From Ascidiella aspersa (Eukaryota): a stretch of DNA of 64,000 nucleotides. A program made the translations under genes and the position numbers. The stretch is from NCBI GenBank assembly GCA_963924565.1, contig OZ004609.1:26288001-26352000 (forward strand). The letters are read 5' to 3'. Position 1 is the stretch's first letter, and each line of letters starts with the position of its first letter. Positions 1 to 11,334 of this stretch are shown here, piece after piece. The notes under the pieces are model-generated. The model made no database searches. It had not been told where the DNA came from and saw nothing but the letters and a program-made list of their open reading frames with translations.

Positions 1-1853
1 CAAGCTGGTAAAAGAAAAGGGTCAACATTTAGAAATGTTTTTCAGCTCAGTCATGCAGCAGTGTGAAGCGCCAAAACCCAAACCAGGGTAAAATTTGTGA
101 AAATGTATTTTAATTGGTTTTGATTTAATCATGTTTTTTTATTTCACCCAACGTATATACAAACTGAATGTCTTGACTGGTTTCATCTGAATTCAATTGA
201 CTGGTTGCTTCTGAAACGGGGCTGTATTTTATTTTTATACATCGCTATAACTTTTTAAAACCAAGTGTGTCAGTATTTGATATACTTCTTTATGCTAGTG
301 ATTTTGAACCAGTATTTACAAAGCCAGAAATATGTAAAACACTAGTTTATTTAGTTACTGGAAACTTTGTGGTAATACGTTATAAATTAAACACAGCACA
401 CAGATGTTCTCAAGATGTTTTTTATTTTGCAGGAATTATGAGCCTATAACGGACAATCCAGACATCCAAATGGATCAAAAGGTGGGTGACATCAAATTTA
501 ATGGTTTACTGTTAATGCCGTAGCACCAATGAAATGGTATTCTTTGAAAGCTTGAATTGGAAATTAGGTATTTTTCATGTTTTTTTCCAGCTGCACAGTG
601 AGCTTTACCCTGAAAGTGACTGGCTTTTCGATTCATTTCCCTCCAATTCTCCTGAAATCACTGGGAAGTCGTACCTCAATGGAGTCTGTGACTATCTCAT
701 TTACCTTGGTAAGGGTAATAGAAACGTTTTTTTCTTTCAATTCGTTTGTTTATATATGGTATCTAAAACAGTAGTTTTCGTTTGTTTGATGCAAACCTTT
801 TTTCTTTTTTGCTTTAGCCACACAAGTGTTCGATGCTGGAGAACGAGCTCACAGAGTGATGATAGCTGCAAAAACTATTTTCAGGAACACCCTGGAGCCG
901 TTTGCGCACAAGTACGATTATTCTGGTGACCTTTTGATGTTTTGTTACCTGTAAATTCTACAGTGCAGCGTAATATTAAACAAAATGAACCACTAAAACG
1001 CGTTGCCAATGGAAATTTTGGTTGTTTTTAAAGTACCTTTGTGTTGTTTTTAGCTATCTCAAGCAGAAAATCGACTGTTATCGGCAGGAGCATCACGTTG
1101 TGTCGCTGATTAACCTATTTCGGGACATAGTGTTCTTCAGTAACGACCCACCAAGGTAAGACTGATCACATTGTAAACCTACTGTTTTCGCTACAAGCAA
1201 GTTACCATTTTATATGTTTTAATGTCGAACTTTTTGCATTTTGGTCCGAATCCTGTTTTTATTCTTAGAACCGAAAGAGAGAAAAACCTTCGACGACATG
1301 CTACTCTTTTAGCTTGGAAAGAATTTATTCCAAGTAAGATCAAAGCTATTTCACCTTGCACATAATGTAATTTTACTATTGTTTCTCAATTTAGGCCAGT
1401 TTGTTCGTTTAATTGGAAAAGAAAAACATGAAGCTGGTTGCAAAAAAGTATTTGACGTTCTTCAACAGCCCAAACTTAACAAACAGGTACTGCATTCTAG
1501 TCTGTTTGCGTTGGTTTTCAATGTGCTTAGAAATTGCTAAAAATAATGCTACTTTACATACTTGAAAATACGTTTTTAGTTTTGGTGCCTTTTAAATTTC
1601 TTTCTAAAAAAACTTTGGCCTACATGTAATATTTTCTCATTGGAATTCATTTGGCTACTAATATACACCTTCGAATAAATTGTTCTTTTGGTTTGCAGCG
1701 GTCAGGTAATGTTAATCTTCTGAGCTCCAATAAACCGGCGTATGTAATTGTTGAATTCTTATTAACACATATTCCTCTTTTTTATCTTTACAGCTTGGGT
1801 ATATGCTTTTGGATACATTAGTATTGGAACTATTCCCGGAGCTTAAGTCATGA
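1..1853 (+). CDS. SNX14: Sorting nexin-14, 3' part (PXC domain); exons <1-87, 433-481, 591-708, 818-911, 1054-1155, 1269-1333, 1395-1486, 1794-1853
   Basis: All introns are GT-AG and phase-compatible. The spliced protein KLVKEKGQHLEMF...CEAPKPKP...GVCDYLIYL...QEHHVVSLINLFRDIVF...FDVLQQPKLNKQLGYMLLDTLVLELFPELKS* matches the recalled SNX14 C-terminus. AATAAA at 1871. Confidence 0.93.
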
Positions 1854-2624
1854 GATAAATCAAAGGAATGAATAAAGCACTCGTTGTCCAAAACCTTTCC
1901 TATATACAATTTAATAGCAAATTAGTTGTTATAGATTTTACGTTGTGTCTTAATAATTAATCTAACATGCGGTAAATTTATTGGTGCGAGATGTCATATC
2001 CGTATCAGTTACGGTCTTGTCAACATTTCTGTTTTTACTTATTTATGTTCGTACTTCTGTATTTTCGTCTAACACCTCGATGTATACACCACCTTTAAGT
2101 GAGCACTTGGGATTATTTTATAAGTTTTGTGCAATACGTTTTACTGCAGTGCAATTTGTTTTTTTGTGTTGTGACCCGTGACATGGCCAAAAAATGTTGG
2201 TTCTTCACTGTTACATTTTAAATTGTCGTTTGTTAAAACACTGCATTACGTTTAAGTTCAAAACAGCACTAAACTAAAGGTTTGTTTGCAACCTATTTTG
2301 TAAAATCTTGGATCTATCTGTAGTTGAGCAATTTTTGTTTTGTTTCAAATAAACCTGTTATCCTACGATATTGAGGTGGAATTTGTAACGTATTACTTAG
2401 AATTAGCTTGTTAATTTTGAGATTTTAGGCAGGTATTTTTTTTTAAACCAATGCCAATTAAGGCTGTTTAATGACTCCACACTTTACAATAATATTGGTT
2501 TACTCTACCATGATACGATAGGGAGCACAGATTACAAAGTTTTTAATGACAAAACCTCAAATCGCCCCTAAAGAGTTAGAAAAATATTCCTTATTTATTT
2601 GTCTCATTGGATTTAATACACTTC

Positions 2625-2730
2625 TTGACAATTCGCGTAATGAAAAATGCGTGACGCACTTCGCGTGTGCGATGTGCTGTTTTGAGAGTTAGGCTTCGAG
2701 GCGGTTTGACAGTATTCATATCAATTTTTA
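2625..2730 (+). promoter_or_regulatory. Probable promoter/5' end of PRPF39 (CpG-rich patch)
   Basis: Short CpG-rich patch (TTCGCGTAA, GTGACGCA, TTCGCGTG) downstream of the SNX14 3' end. A splice acceptor (ggttttag, 6073) lies 81 nt before the PRPF39 ATG. Inference only. Confidence 0.3.
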
Positions 2731-2879
2731 AGATTAGAATGTTTTGTGAAACTACACAATAAATGTTAAGAAAGATAAAAAAGAAAAGATTTCGCGGATC
2801 TGCTGCCAGTACTTTAGTAAAGTATATTGCGCTGGTCTAGAGGGTAATACTAATTTACGGAATGATGAATGGTCGGAAC

Positions 2880-3858
2880 TAGGGATGTTCAAAGTAGAAT
2901 ACCAAGGTATTCTAGAATAATAGGTTTCGAATCTAAAATAACGAATCCAGAATAGCGAATCCTAGTATATTTTTATTAAATTATTTAACCTCGATTTTGT
3001 TTGGGGAATGGATTAATCTTTTTCTACCCTACCGGGCCCACATTCACAGCAACAAATCGCCCAAACAATTTGCTAACATGTGTACATTATAATAAAAAAT
3101 GTTTTACATTCTTAACAACTGTCATTTAAAGCAGTTGTGTAAGCTGTAATACATGTTCACTGTTCAGGTTGTTGCCAAAACTTATATTTTTGCAAATAGT
3201 GAGTACAATGCAACACTGCACACAGAACTCTTTTTAAAAGCAACACTGCACACAGAACAGTTTTTAAAAGCATTGTTGGGTCTTAGTGCTTCTTTTTTGT
3301 CTAATTTATCTGTTATGCAGTCAAATAATGTACTGCAAAGAATACAAAGTTACTATTGACATAACAAATACTTGACAATTTACGCTGGGCATCACTGCAT
3401 AACCTCGCTGAATATTGGCCTAAAGTTGACATTAAGCAACCCTATAGCGCATTTTCTCGATGGCCAGCACGTGTTACAACGTAATATTACTTTTGCAACT
3501 TAACGCATTTAGGGAAATTTGCGAACTACGCATCTGGCATTACACGTTAGTCGCTCGCCCAATAACGCTTGATTGACACTTAATTATTAGACGAACGTTA
3601 TCGCAAGACGCGAAGTAATTGGTCGCCCGAAAAAACGCTGACACTGCACTACCAGGTTACATTAAAGCAAGCACTATAAATTGGTCGCCGCAGCGACATG
3701 CCAACTTACCACACGCGTTTGTGCAATTAGGCGCGACTGTCGGCCGTAAAACATCAAATTATATCGGTTCCAATTACCCGAAATAAACGGCAGAATTGGA
3801 TTCGAATCCCATCTGGATTCGAATCCAAGGATTCGATATTCTACTTTGAGCATCCCTA
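2880..3858. mobile_element. Non-autonomous hAT element (TIR TAGGGATGTTCAAAGTAGAATA), 8-bp TSD
   Basis: TIRs tagggatgttcaaagtagaata / tattctactttgagcatcccta. Perfect TSD gtcggaac at 2872-2879 and 3859-3866. Subterminal CGAATC repeats. Confidence 0.9.
3210..3272 (+). repeat. 30-bp tandem duplication (2 copies) inside the hAT element
   Basis: gcaacactgcacacagaactctttttaaaa followed by gcaacactgcacacagaacagtttttaaaa. Confidence 0.85.
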
Positions 3859-4973
3859 GTCGGAACGCTCACTAATTTAAGTGTTACCCCGTTAAAACAA
3901 TTATTAAACCAACGCACAATATTTGGGTTAGGGTGCGGGTTAGCGTTTGCGTGAAGGTGGGAAGTGTTATTATATTTAATAATAATACTGTGAGCGTTCG
4001 GATCATTCATCATTCCGTGAATTAGTGTTACCCGGTCTAGATAGAATCATACATCTACCACAACGTAAGTTATTATTTGGGTTAGTATGCGGGTTAGCAT
4101 TCGAGTTTGGGTAGGTCAAGTATTATTATTAATAAATAAATATAATAATACTTGGCCCACCCTCGGCCTTACCCAAACACTATAACCGACTCCCTAACCC
4201 AAATAGTGTGCGTTGCTTTAATGATTGTTTTTGTAAGTTCAACGCTGTGGTACGATTCTAGACCAGCGCTCAAACAGTAGCACTTTCTAAAACTAAACCC
4301 CATAATGGAATTTTTTTCAGTGGCACTTTCAGCCGCAGCCAGAATACAATTTGTGGGAAATACCAACAAAATGTCTTAAATTCAAGCAAACAAACAAATC
4401 TTTATAAAGCATGTTCTGCCATTTTGGTAATCTATATGTTTATTGTATTGATATAATCTGACTAGCCAGATATTTTCTGAATAATTATACACATGATTTT
4501 TCATTTAGTTTGACAGCGATGTGTCATTTTTAACATTCACTTACTAAAGTTTGGTTTCCATATCAGACAATCTCCTCCCCTTGGCCACGCTTTGAAGGCT
4601 AACCAGCTAGTATTATCTGGCACATAATTTTCACGGCAAAATAAACTTTGGAAAGTAGAGAGAGTTCACACATCAGTTTTTCAACGGACCAAATATTGAA
4701 TTTCAACCATAATTTTCCTATATATACATTCAAAAAAGAGTTACACATTGGCATTGTGTGCACCGACATTTCTATGACAAAATTCTGCAACCTATAAGCC
4801 AAAAATGCTATTTTCTATTTTAACAAAGTGATGTTTTATGCTAAGGGAGGTCATTGGCATGGTTTTGGGCAGCATTCCATGCCATAGATCTTTGGTTGGA
4901 AGGGACGGAAATGTAATCGGAACATTGCAATGTGAATTGTTTTGCTTTTAATTTGATTGCAATTTTGGTACTT

Positions 4974-5927
4974 CAGGGTTGTTCCTAAGTGGGGCGAGCG
5001 GCTATCAATCAGCACTCGCCCGGACGAAATAACACTTGCCAAAATGTTGCACGCCGTCTGCAAATTTCCATCCTAGCACGGTCATTTCTTGGGTTATCGA
5101 TCATTAATCTGTCTTGTGGTTTTCATATGTAAACATTGGTTTTTATAAAAGTCTGGTCGTTTATTTCCATGCATGAATCAACAAATTAATGACCCATAAA
5201 GCAGTTTACGCTTAAAACAATGTTTTTAGCGAAATATTTTTTACAATCTAATAGTGAAAAAATAACACTGACAATTTAGTAGCCATTGTTTAGGGAAATA
5301 ACTGGCGCTAAGTTATATTTCGCTTAGTAGTTGTGCTTAACACAAGTTGTCCTATACCAGGGATGGCGAACCTTTTGATTGCGCGGGTCACAAATACCAC
5401 TTTAATCCTTACAAAATTCACAAGTGGGTCATATGTTTAACTATGCTAATTTTACGCAAAGCTTTGCTGCTGCGTGGTTTTAAGTGTTATTGCCTGGGCT
5501 CGCCACCCTTTACGTTTTACAGCGAAAATGATAGTTGTCTGCTTTTCTGCACGCATTTGTGGAAGTGCAGGTAATATAGGCCTACTCATCACCCCTAAGA
5601 CACTTTTGCACGACCCACATATTAGGCAGCCCTAATTTAAACAGTATAGTGCTATTTAACCAAGATTTGTTTTTTTACATTTATCCTTTCCTGAAAATCA
5701 TTGACAACATTTCAGTATTTCTAGACAGACAAGTGGGTCACTAAAAATGTGTGGTGGGTCACTTTGTGACCCGCGGGACAGTGGTTCGCCATCCCTGTCC
5801 TATACCAACTAAGTTAAATTTCTCACCGCAGGCACTCGCTAGTCGGGCGAGTGGTTGTCAATCAGCACTCGCCAGGAGCAATTTGTACTCGCATTGGCGA
5901 GTGGGCAAGTGCTTAAGCCCAACCCTG
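4974..5927. mobile_element. hAT-like non-autonomous element (CAGGGTTG...CAACCCTG) hosting a second MITE
   Basis: Termini cagggttgttcctaag / cttaagcccaaccctg. Subterminal gcactcgcc and ggcgag repeats at both ends. TSD not recognisable. Confidence 0.6.
5358..5797. mobile_element. hAT MITE (TIR CAGGGATGGCGAACC), 8-bp TSD
   Basis: Perfect 15-bp TIR. TSD tcctatac at 5350-5357 and 5798-5805. Confidence 0.9.
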
Positions 5928-6154
5928 CACTTGCAGAAATCTGCTAAGTTCTCTTTATTTTATTGTTTTTAATATGAAAATCTGGCCTAGTACATTGCAT
6001 ACATCCATAAGCCCTTATTTTTTTAATTACTGTTTTGTTTTATGTGTTGTCATATCGTTCAACTTGGTTTTAGGGGAAGTTTTGTATTTGTAAAGTAAGT
6101 GAACAGTTGTCTAAGTTTGCATTCTGTTCAAAATTGGTAACTGAAAGTGGCGAC

Positions 6155-8839
6155 ATGGCAAGGAGAAAGAGAAAAGTAGCAGCCAAGGCCAATAAAAAGT
6201 CCCCCAAAGCTGAAGAGGATGATCAAATAGAGGAAGAAGTTGATTTAAACGATTCACAAACTGGGGAAGACGCCAGTGCTGAATCACAGGAAGATACTCC
6301 TGCAGATCCCCAGGAAGAAAATAATGCTGATATTTCTACAGAAATGCAAGAAGATACAGCCGCTGCATCAGCCAATATTTCCGAAAACACATCAGAAAAA
6401 GATAACAATGTTCTTCCAGAGGAAAACAATGAGTTGATTTCTGAAGAAGGTACAAAAGCAGTTGCAGAAGATAAAATTGAAACTGATGATCAAGTTGCAT
6501 TGCAAACTCCTGGCGATGAAACTGAAATGGACACAAGTGAAGTGCAATCCACAACAACTCCTGTCGAAGCATCTCAAAACCAGTCACTAGTTGGTGATGC
6601 TGGTAAGGATAATGATGATGTAATCATGGTAGAGTCTGAAAACAAAGAAAATGAACCTAGTGTAAAAATTGATTTAACTGAGGATGATAATAAGGTAGGT
6701 ATGGAGGTAGATGATAAAGATTCTGTAAAAAAAGAGTCCGTTGTGCTTTATGTGCCAAAATACATTGACTACGATGATGAGAATGTTGTAATTGACATTG
6801 ACCCTGAATTTGACAACTTGAATGAAAAAGTTGAAGGGGATGAGTCAGATGATTTTCTTAAGTACTGGCGAACTGTTTCAGACAGTCCTCATGATTTTAC
6901 GTCCTGGACCTACCTGCTACAGTTGGTGGAGCAGGAAAGCAAAATACATCTTGGCCGCCGCGCTTACAACCACTTCTTCAAACGCTACCCATTGTGCTAT
7001 GGATATTGGAAAAAGTTTTCCGAGTTTGAAAGGAAAAATGGTAACTTGGCTCGGGCCCAAAAGATCCTCGAGAGAGGAGTGCGTGCGATTCCCCTCAGCG
7101 TGGACCTTTGGATGCATGTGATTGATTTCTACACGAATCATTATAAGGGACTAGACGCTGGCAAAAACAAGGTAAAGCGAGTCTACGAACGAGCTCTGAA
7201 GAGTGCCGGTGCAGAATTCCGTTCAGAAAAGTTGTGGAATAAATATATTCAGTGGGAGCTTGTGAACAATGATTGGAAAGCTGTTTTGGACATTTATGAC
7301 CGAGCAATTCGCACCCAAACCCAGCATTACTCTGTGTTTTTTAATGATTTTAAGGAATTCGTAAATACCCATTTGCCCAAGGAATGGATGAGTGAGGATG
7401 AATACAATAAAAGCCTTGAACAGGTTCGAGAGGCAAATGAGGCTATTAAAAAAGAAAAGCAAGAAGAAGAAACAAAGGATGACAAAGAAAAAGAGACAGA
7501 TGCTGAGGATGAAACTAAAGAAGCCGATGGTGATGATGATGATGATGAAATCGAGCCTCCTGGTGATGATGATATAGTTAAAGCAGCAACTGATCAAGAG
7601 ATCACGTCCATCCGCCTAAATTACATAAAGGAGAAAAAGAAAGTCTATGATGAAACTGAGCAGGCCGTGACCAAGATCTGGGCATTTGAGGAGGGAATAA
7701 AGCGTCCATATTTCCATGTTAAACAGCTGGAAAGGGCGCAGTTGAAAAACTGGAGGGAGTATTTGGACATGGAAATCAACCGTGAAAATCACAATAAAGT
7801 GATACTGCTATTTGAAAGGTGCTTAATAGCTTGTGCCCTGTATGAAGACTTCTGGCTTAAATATGCGAAATACATGGCTAAATTCGACGCAGAGAAATCA
7901 CGTGAGATATACAAGCGTGCCTGTAACACTCATTTGCCCAAAAAACCTAACATTCACATGCAGTGGGCAGCCTTTGAAGAGCTGCACGGCAACGTTGAGG
8001 AATCGTCCAGGATTCTTAAGCAGCTCAACATAACGCTCCCAGGCATGGCCATGATAAGAATGCGACGTGTTGCTGTAGAACGAAGAGCAGGAAACTATGA
8101 GGTCGCTGAGGAGCTGCTAAAAGCTTACGTTGCTTCCGCTGCGAAGGACAAAGAGGAGGTTTTCTACACGAGAAAGCTTGCCTGGTTCTACTTCAAGATC
8201 TCCAACAAACGAGACGAGGCCAGGAAGCTGATGAAGGACCTCATTCCAAAGTACAAAAGCGACGTTCGCCTTTACAACGACCTGGTGGAAATGGAATTCC
8301 AGATGGCCGGTGCCTCAACTCCCGCCAACGATGACGAAGAACGGCTTGCGATCGAGGCCTTTGACATCGCCCTGCGAAGCGACAAGCTTACCGACGAGCA
8401 GAAGAACTCCTTCTCGCAGCGCAAGGTCGAGTTTCTGGAGGACTACGGCCTGGACGTCAAGCGCCTACAGAAGGCCTATGACGAGCACCAGAAAGTCCTT
8501 CGCAATCAGAAGAAGCGCGCTCAAACTGAAGCGGCCGAAGGTAATCAAGCGAAAAAGGCGAAAACCGACACGGCCGCCATTTCGGTGCTGGGCTCCACAC
8601 AGCCGGCGGCCAACGGTGACCCGTACACCGCTTCCACCACCGCAGCTGCGGCAGCGAACTACACCAACCCGCTTGCACAGCAGGCCGGTTACCCAGGGGG
8701 TGACCCAAACTTATACTACCAGCAAAACTACTGGAACTATCAGCAGAAGCCAGGCGACCCGGCGGCGGCGGCTCAGTACAACTACAGTCAGTGGGGTCAG
8801 TACTACGCACAGCAGCAACAGCAGCAGCAACCACAGTAA
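6155..8839 (+). CDS. PRPF39: Pre-mRNA-processing factor 39 (HAT repeats, U1 snRNP-associated); single coding exon
   Basis: Motifs DFTSWTYLLQLVEQE, YPLCYGYWKKF, AIPLSVDLW, FEEGIKRPYFHVKQLERAQLKNWREYLD and LFERCLIACALYEDFW, plus a Y/Q-rich tail. First in-frame ATG is 6155 (MARRKRK); the track start at 6107 is a TTG. Confidence 0.95.
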   Translation: MARRKRKVAAKANKKSPKAEEDDQIEEEVDLNDSQTGEDASAESQEDTPADPQEENNADISTEMQEDTAAASANISENTSEKDNNVLPEENNELISEEGTKAVAEDKIETDDQVALQTPGDETEMDTSEVQSTTTPVEASQNQSLVGDAGKDNDDVIMVESENKENEPSVKIDLTEDDNKVGMEVDDKDSVKKESVVLYVPKYIDYDDENVVIDIDPEFDNLNEKVEGDESDDFLKYWRTVSDSPHDFTSWTYLLQLVEQESKIHLGRRAYNHFFKRYPLCYGYWKKFSEFERKNGNLARAQKILERGVRAIPLSVDLWMHVIDFYTNHYKGLDAGKNKVKRVYERALKSAGAEFRSEKLWNKYIQWELVNNDWKAVLDIYDRAIRTQTQHYSVFFNDFKEFVNTHLPKEWMSEDEYNKSLEQVREANEAIKKEKQEEETKDDKEKETDAEDETKEADGDDDDDEIEPPGDDDIVKAATDQEITSIRLNYIKEKKKVYDETEQAVTKIWAFEEGIKRPYFHVKQLERAQLKNWREYLDMEINRENHNKVILLFERCLIACALYEDFWLKYAKYMAKFDAEKSREIYKRACNTHLPKKPNIHMQWAAFEELHGNVEESSRILKQLNITLPGMAMIRMRRVAVERRAGNYEVAEELLKAYVASAAKDKEEVFYTRKLAWFYFKISNKRDEARKLMKDLIPKYKSDVRLYNDLVEMEFQMAGASTPANDDEERLAIEAFDIALRSDKLTDEQKNSFSQRKVEFLEDYGLDVKRLQKAYDEHQKVLRNQKKRAQTEAAEGNQAKKAKTDTAAISVLGSTQPAANGDPYTASTTAAAAANYTNPLAQQAGYPGGDPNLYYQQNYWNYQQKPGDPAAAAQYNYSQWGQYYAQQQQQQQPQ

Positions 8840-9182
8840 GTAGTGACACTGGGACTCGATTTTCAGGACACTTTGTGCTCCGTGCACAATATTTTCTGCC
8901 AATGTTGTGGAGTTGCTTTTTTTCGTTTTTATACAGTTATTTCCGTGTTGGCAGAAATTTAACAGAAATTGATTTATTGCGCAACGTCTGGTTTCGAAAT
9001 AAAAACGTTGACGTTGTTGTGTTGCGGCAATCGAAGACCTCCCTGCGACTGGACCCCTGGGCAAGTGCTGTACATATCAAGGCGAATAATAAAATCGGCA
9101 TTTGTAATGGTGTGTGGTGCATTTTAACGTACATCAGTTGCAAGCGTCGATTAAAAAAATAGGTCGGATGTCCCCTCTAAAA

Positions 9183-9985
9183 CAGGATTTCTTAACCTTT
9201 TTTGTATGTTTTGCCCTTTTAACAAAGATAAATATCAGATTTACCTCCAATATATAAAATGGTGCTCATTTATTAAAAATGAAAGTAACAAATCACATCT
9301 GTTATATTTAATGCGACGGCTGCCTTTGCTTTTTGTTAACGACAAAAGATGTAACTAAGATATCAGGACGTTGCTAATAAATTAAAGAAGTATCAATTAT
9401 TAAAGCATAACGTTACCGACAGTAGTCTAGACTCTAGACCAATGCTTTTCAACCGCACTTTTTTATTTCGGAAAATTTCCATCCGCACGAAACAAGCACA
9501 GTAAGTTTGCAACCTTTAGTTTTATTTGTGAGATAAGAATGAAAGGGTTTGTGCATTAAACCGTGTACCTAAGCCTTGGTTGATATAAAATAGATAGCTT
9601 AAGCTCCAATGAACCACTATACGAGATTATATTACTGTAGCTGTAACGCATAAGTGGCGCACCAGCTTATTTGACTACTGTATTACACTAATAAAAAATA
9701 ACAACATGCACCATTTTCATCCGCACGCCGTTAGTCATCCGCATTACAACTTTTTTCATCCGCACAAGTGCGTACCATCCCACGGGATGAAAAGCACTGG
9801 TCTAAAGAAAAAACAATCAATAGGCTACTAGGCTAGCTTCGAATTAGCACTTAATCTGTACTAGGAAAGCTACAAAACCTACATCTGGCACATTTTTATT
9901 ATCACATTAACTGATGTGGATATTTTGATTGTTAGCTCATTTACCCCCTGAAACAAGGAAATTTACCCCAGGTTATGAAACGCTA
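9183..9985. mobile_element. hAT (Charlie-like) MITE with 8-bp TSD, containing a nested MITE
   Basis: Termini caggatttcttaacct / aggttatgaaacgcta. TSD ctctaaaa at 9175-9182 and 9986-9993. Subterminal ATTTACCCC repeats. Confidence 0.75.
9440..9799. mobile_element. hAT MITE (CA[A/G]TGCTTTTCA... TIR) nested in the previous element
   Basis: caatgcttttcaaccg / cgggatgaaaagcactg. Repeated catccgca motifs. Degenerate target sites ctctagac / gtctaaag. Confidence 0.7.
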
Positions 9986-10406
9986 CTCTAAAAAGTAAAC
10001 TACTGTACTACTGAGCAAACGTTTGTCGTAATGAGAATAATGTTTTTATATTTTTTTGATATTTATATATTTTTTAAGGTGGAGTTAGCATATTCTTAAA
10101 CCGATTACCGTCCATAATTTGTTTAACGAACGAGGCTGCTTCGTATATCCGAATAGCTTCTCCATACACCTTGCCTCAGTTTATTGATCAAATTTGATAT
10201 AAATGCCTTGTTAGTCAGATGCTCGATTAGCGAATTTTACTGCGCAAATGGTTTGCTGGTGTCACACAGTTGCTCACCTTACGGGCGATACTTAGCACGT
10301 GGACGGTAAACACTTTATTTATTCCAACATAAGTTTGTAAAAACGGGTATTGAAAGGCTTAAGGTTTAAGCTTCTCAAGCAAGAAGTTTTATAGAGTCCG
10401 TTTAAG

Positions 10407-10666
10407 TAGTGCTTCCCAACCAGTGGGTCGCGAGGTTATTTCAGGTGGGTCGCAAAGCATTTCTAAATGTTACAGTTTTCTATTAGATTTGGAAATTATT
10501 GCATCGTCATTAGGTAACATTTATGCAACAACTTCACAAATACGTAACAATTAGATGTGTTGTGTCGCATTAACTATTTCACCACGAACGCCAGTCGTAA
10601 AGATGCAGGTTTTATATAACTTCGTTTAGTCAGTGAGTCGCTAATTGAAAAGGTTGGGAAGCACTG
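10407..10666. mobile_element. hAT (Charlie-like) MITE
   Basis: TIR tagtgcttcccaacc / ggttgggaagcactg. Subterminal gtgggtcgc repeats. Confidence 0.75.
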
Positions 10667-11238
10667 ATTCAAGGGACACAAAAATGCATCGTTGAAATAA
10701 AATTGTGGCACACGAAATGATATATAGGCATAAGCCTAGTAATAAACCTTTTAGGGTTTAAATCATGCGAACTGTTTACTTTCGCTTTGCCGTCCATAGG
10801 TAATTCATTCATCATTAAGCTTAAAAGAAGAATCAATTTAATAAAAAAGGGAGATTGCAGAAGCAAGGATACAAACAACGACCAGGGAGAAATTTTTACT
10901 GTATATCCTCTGCGCGAGATTCCAGTAAAATGGGCCAATATTTTTAATTTGTGCTAACGTTTTGGGAACAAATTTTGTAATTTAGCAATGCAGCTTGCAG
11001 AAAGCGAACTGAAGCAGCGATACTGTGAAATGTGTCAATTCTTAAGATGGGCAAAATTTTTTCTCTAAATCAAGTCGAAGATGAAAACAACAAAATCAAC
11101 CAACCAAGTTCAGAAATCATGTAACCGAGAAAACTGTTTCTTGTGAAACTCCAGTTGCCATAACATCGCAAGAAGCCGAATGTTTATTTATTACGTCCAT
11201 TCTGCATAACTAACAAAAACAGATATAAGCCAAACATA

Positions 11239-11323
11239 GTACGAGTCCCACCCTTACAGCGGGGTCCTAGACCCGTAGTACGGTGAATGGTAAGTATAGG
11301 CAGGCTTCCCGTGACCAAGCTGT
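11239..11323 (+). ncRNA. Candidate degenerate HDV-like ribozyme
   Basis: Manual fold gives the HDV element order: P1 gtacgag/gtagtac (5 of 7 pairs), P2 acagc/gctgt, P3 ggg/ccc, L3 tcctaga, P1.1 CC/GG, imperfect P4, J4/2 CCAA. Confidence 0.35.
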
Positions 11324-11334
11324 TAAAAGTTGGT

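Larger units (their letters stand above)
2842..4033. mobile_element. Middle MITE with ~44-bp TIR, flanked by duplicated ggtctaga
   Basis: gggtaatactaatttacggaatgatgaatggtcggaac|gctcac pairs with gtgagcgttcggatcattcatcattccgtgaattagtgttaccc. ggtctaga occurs at 2834-2841 and 4034-4041. Confidence 0.8.
2829..4269. mobile_element. Outer MITE of a triple nest (TIR GCGCTGGTCTAGA...ATC.TACCAC)
   Basis: Left end gcgctggtctaga (2829) and right end gtggtacgattctagaccagcgc (4269) are inverted repeats. An uninterrupted relative lies at 17081-17289. Confidence 0.75.
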
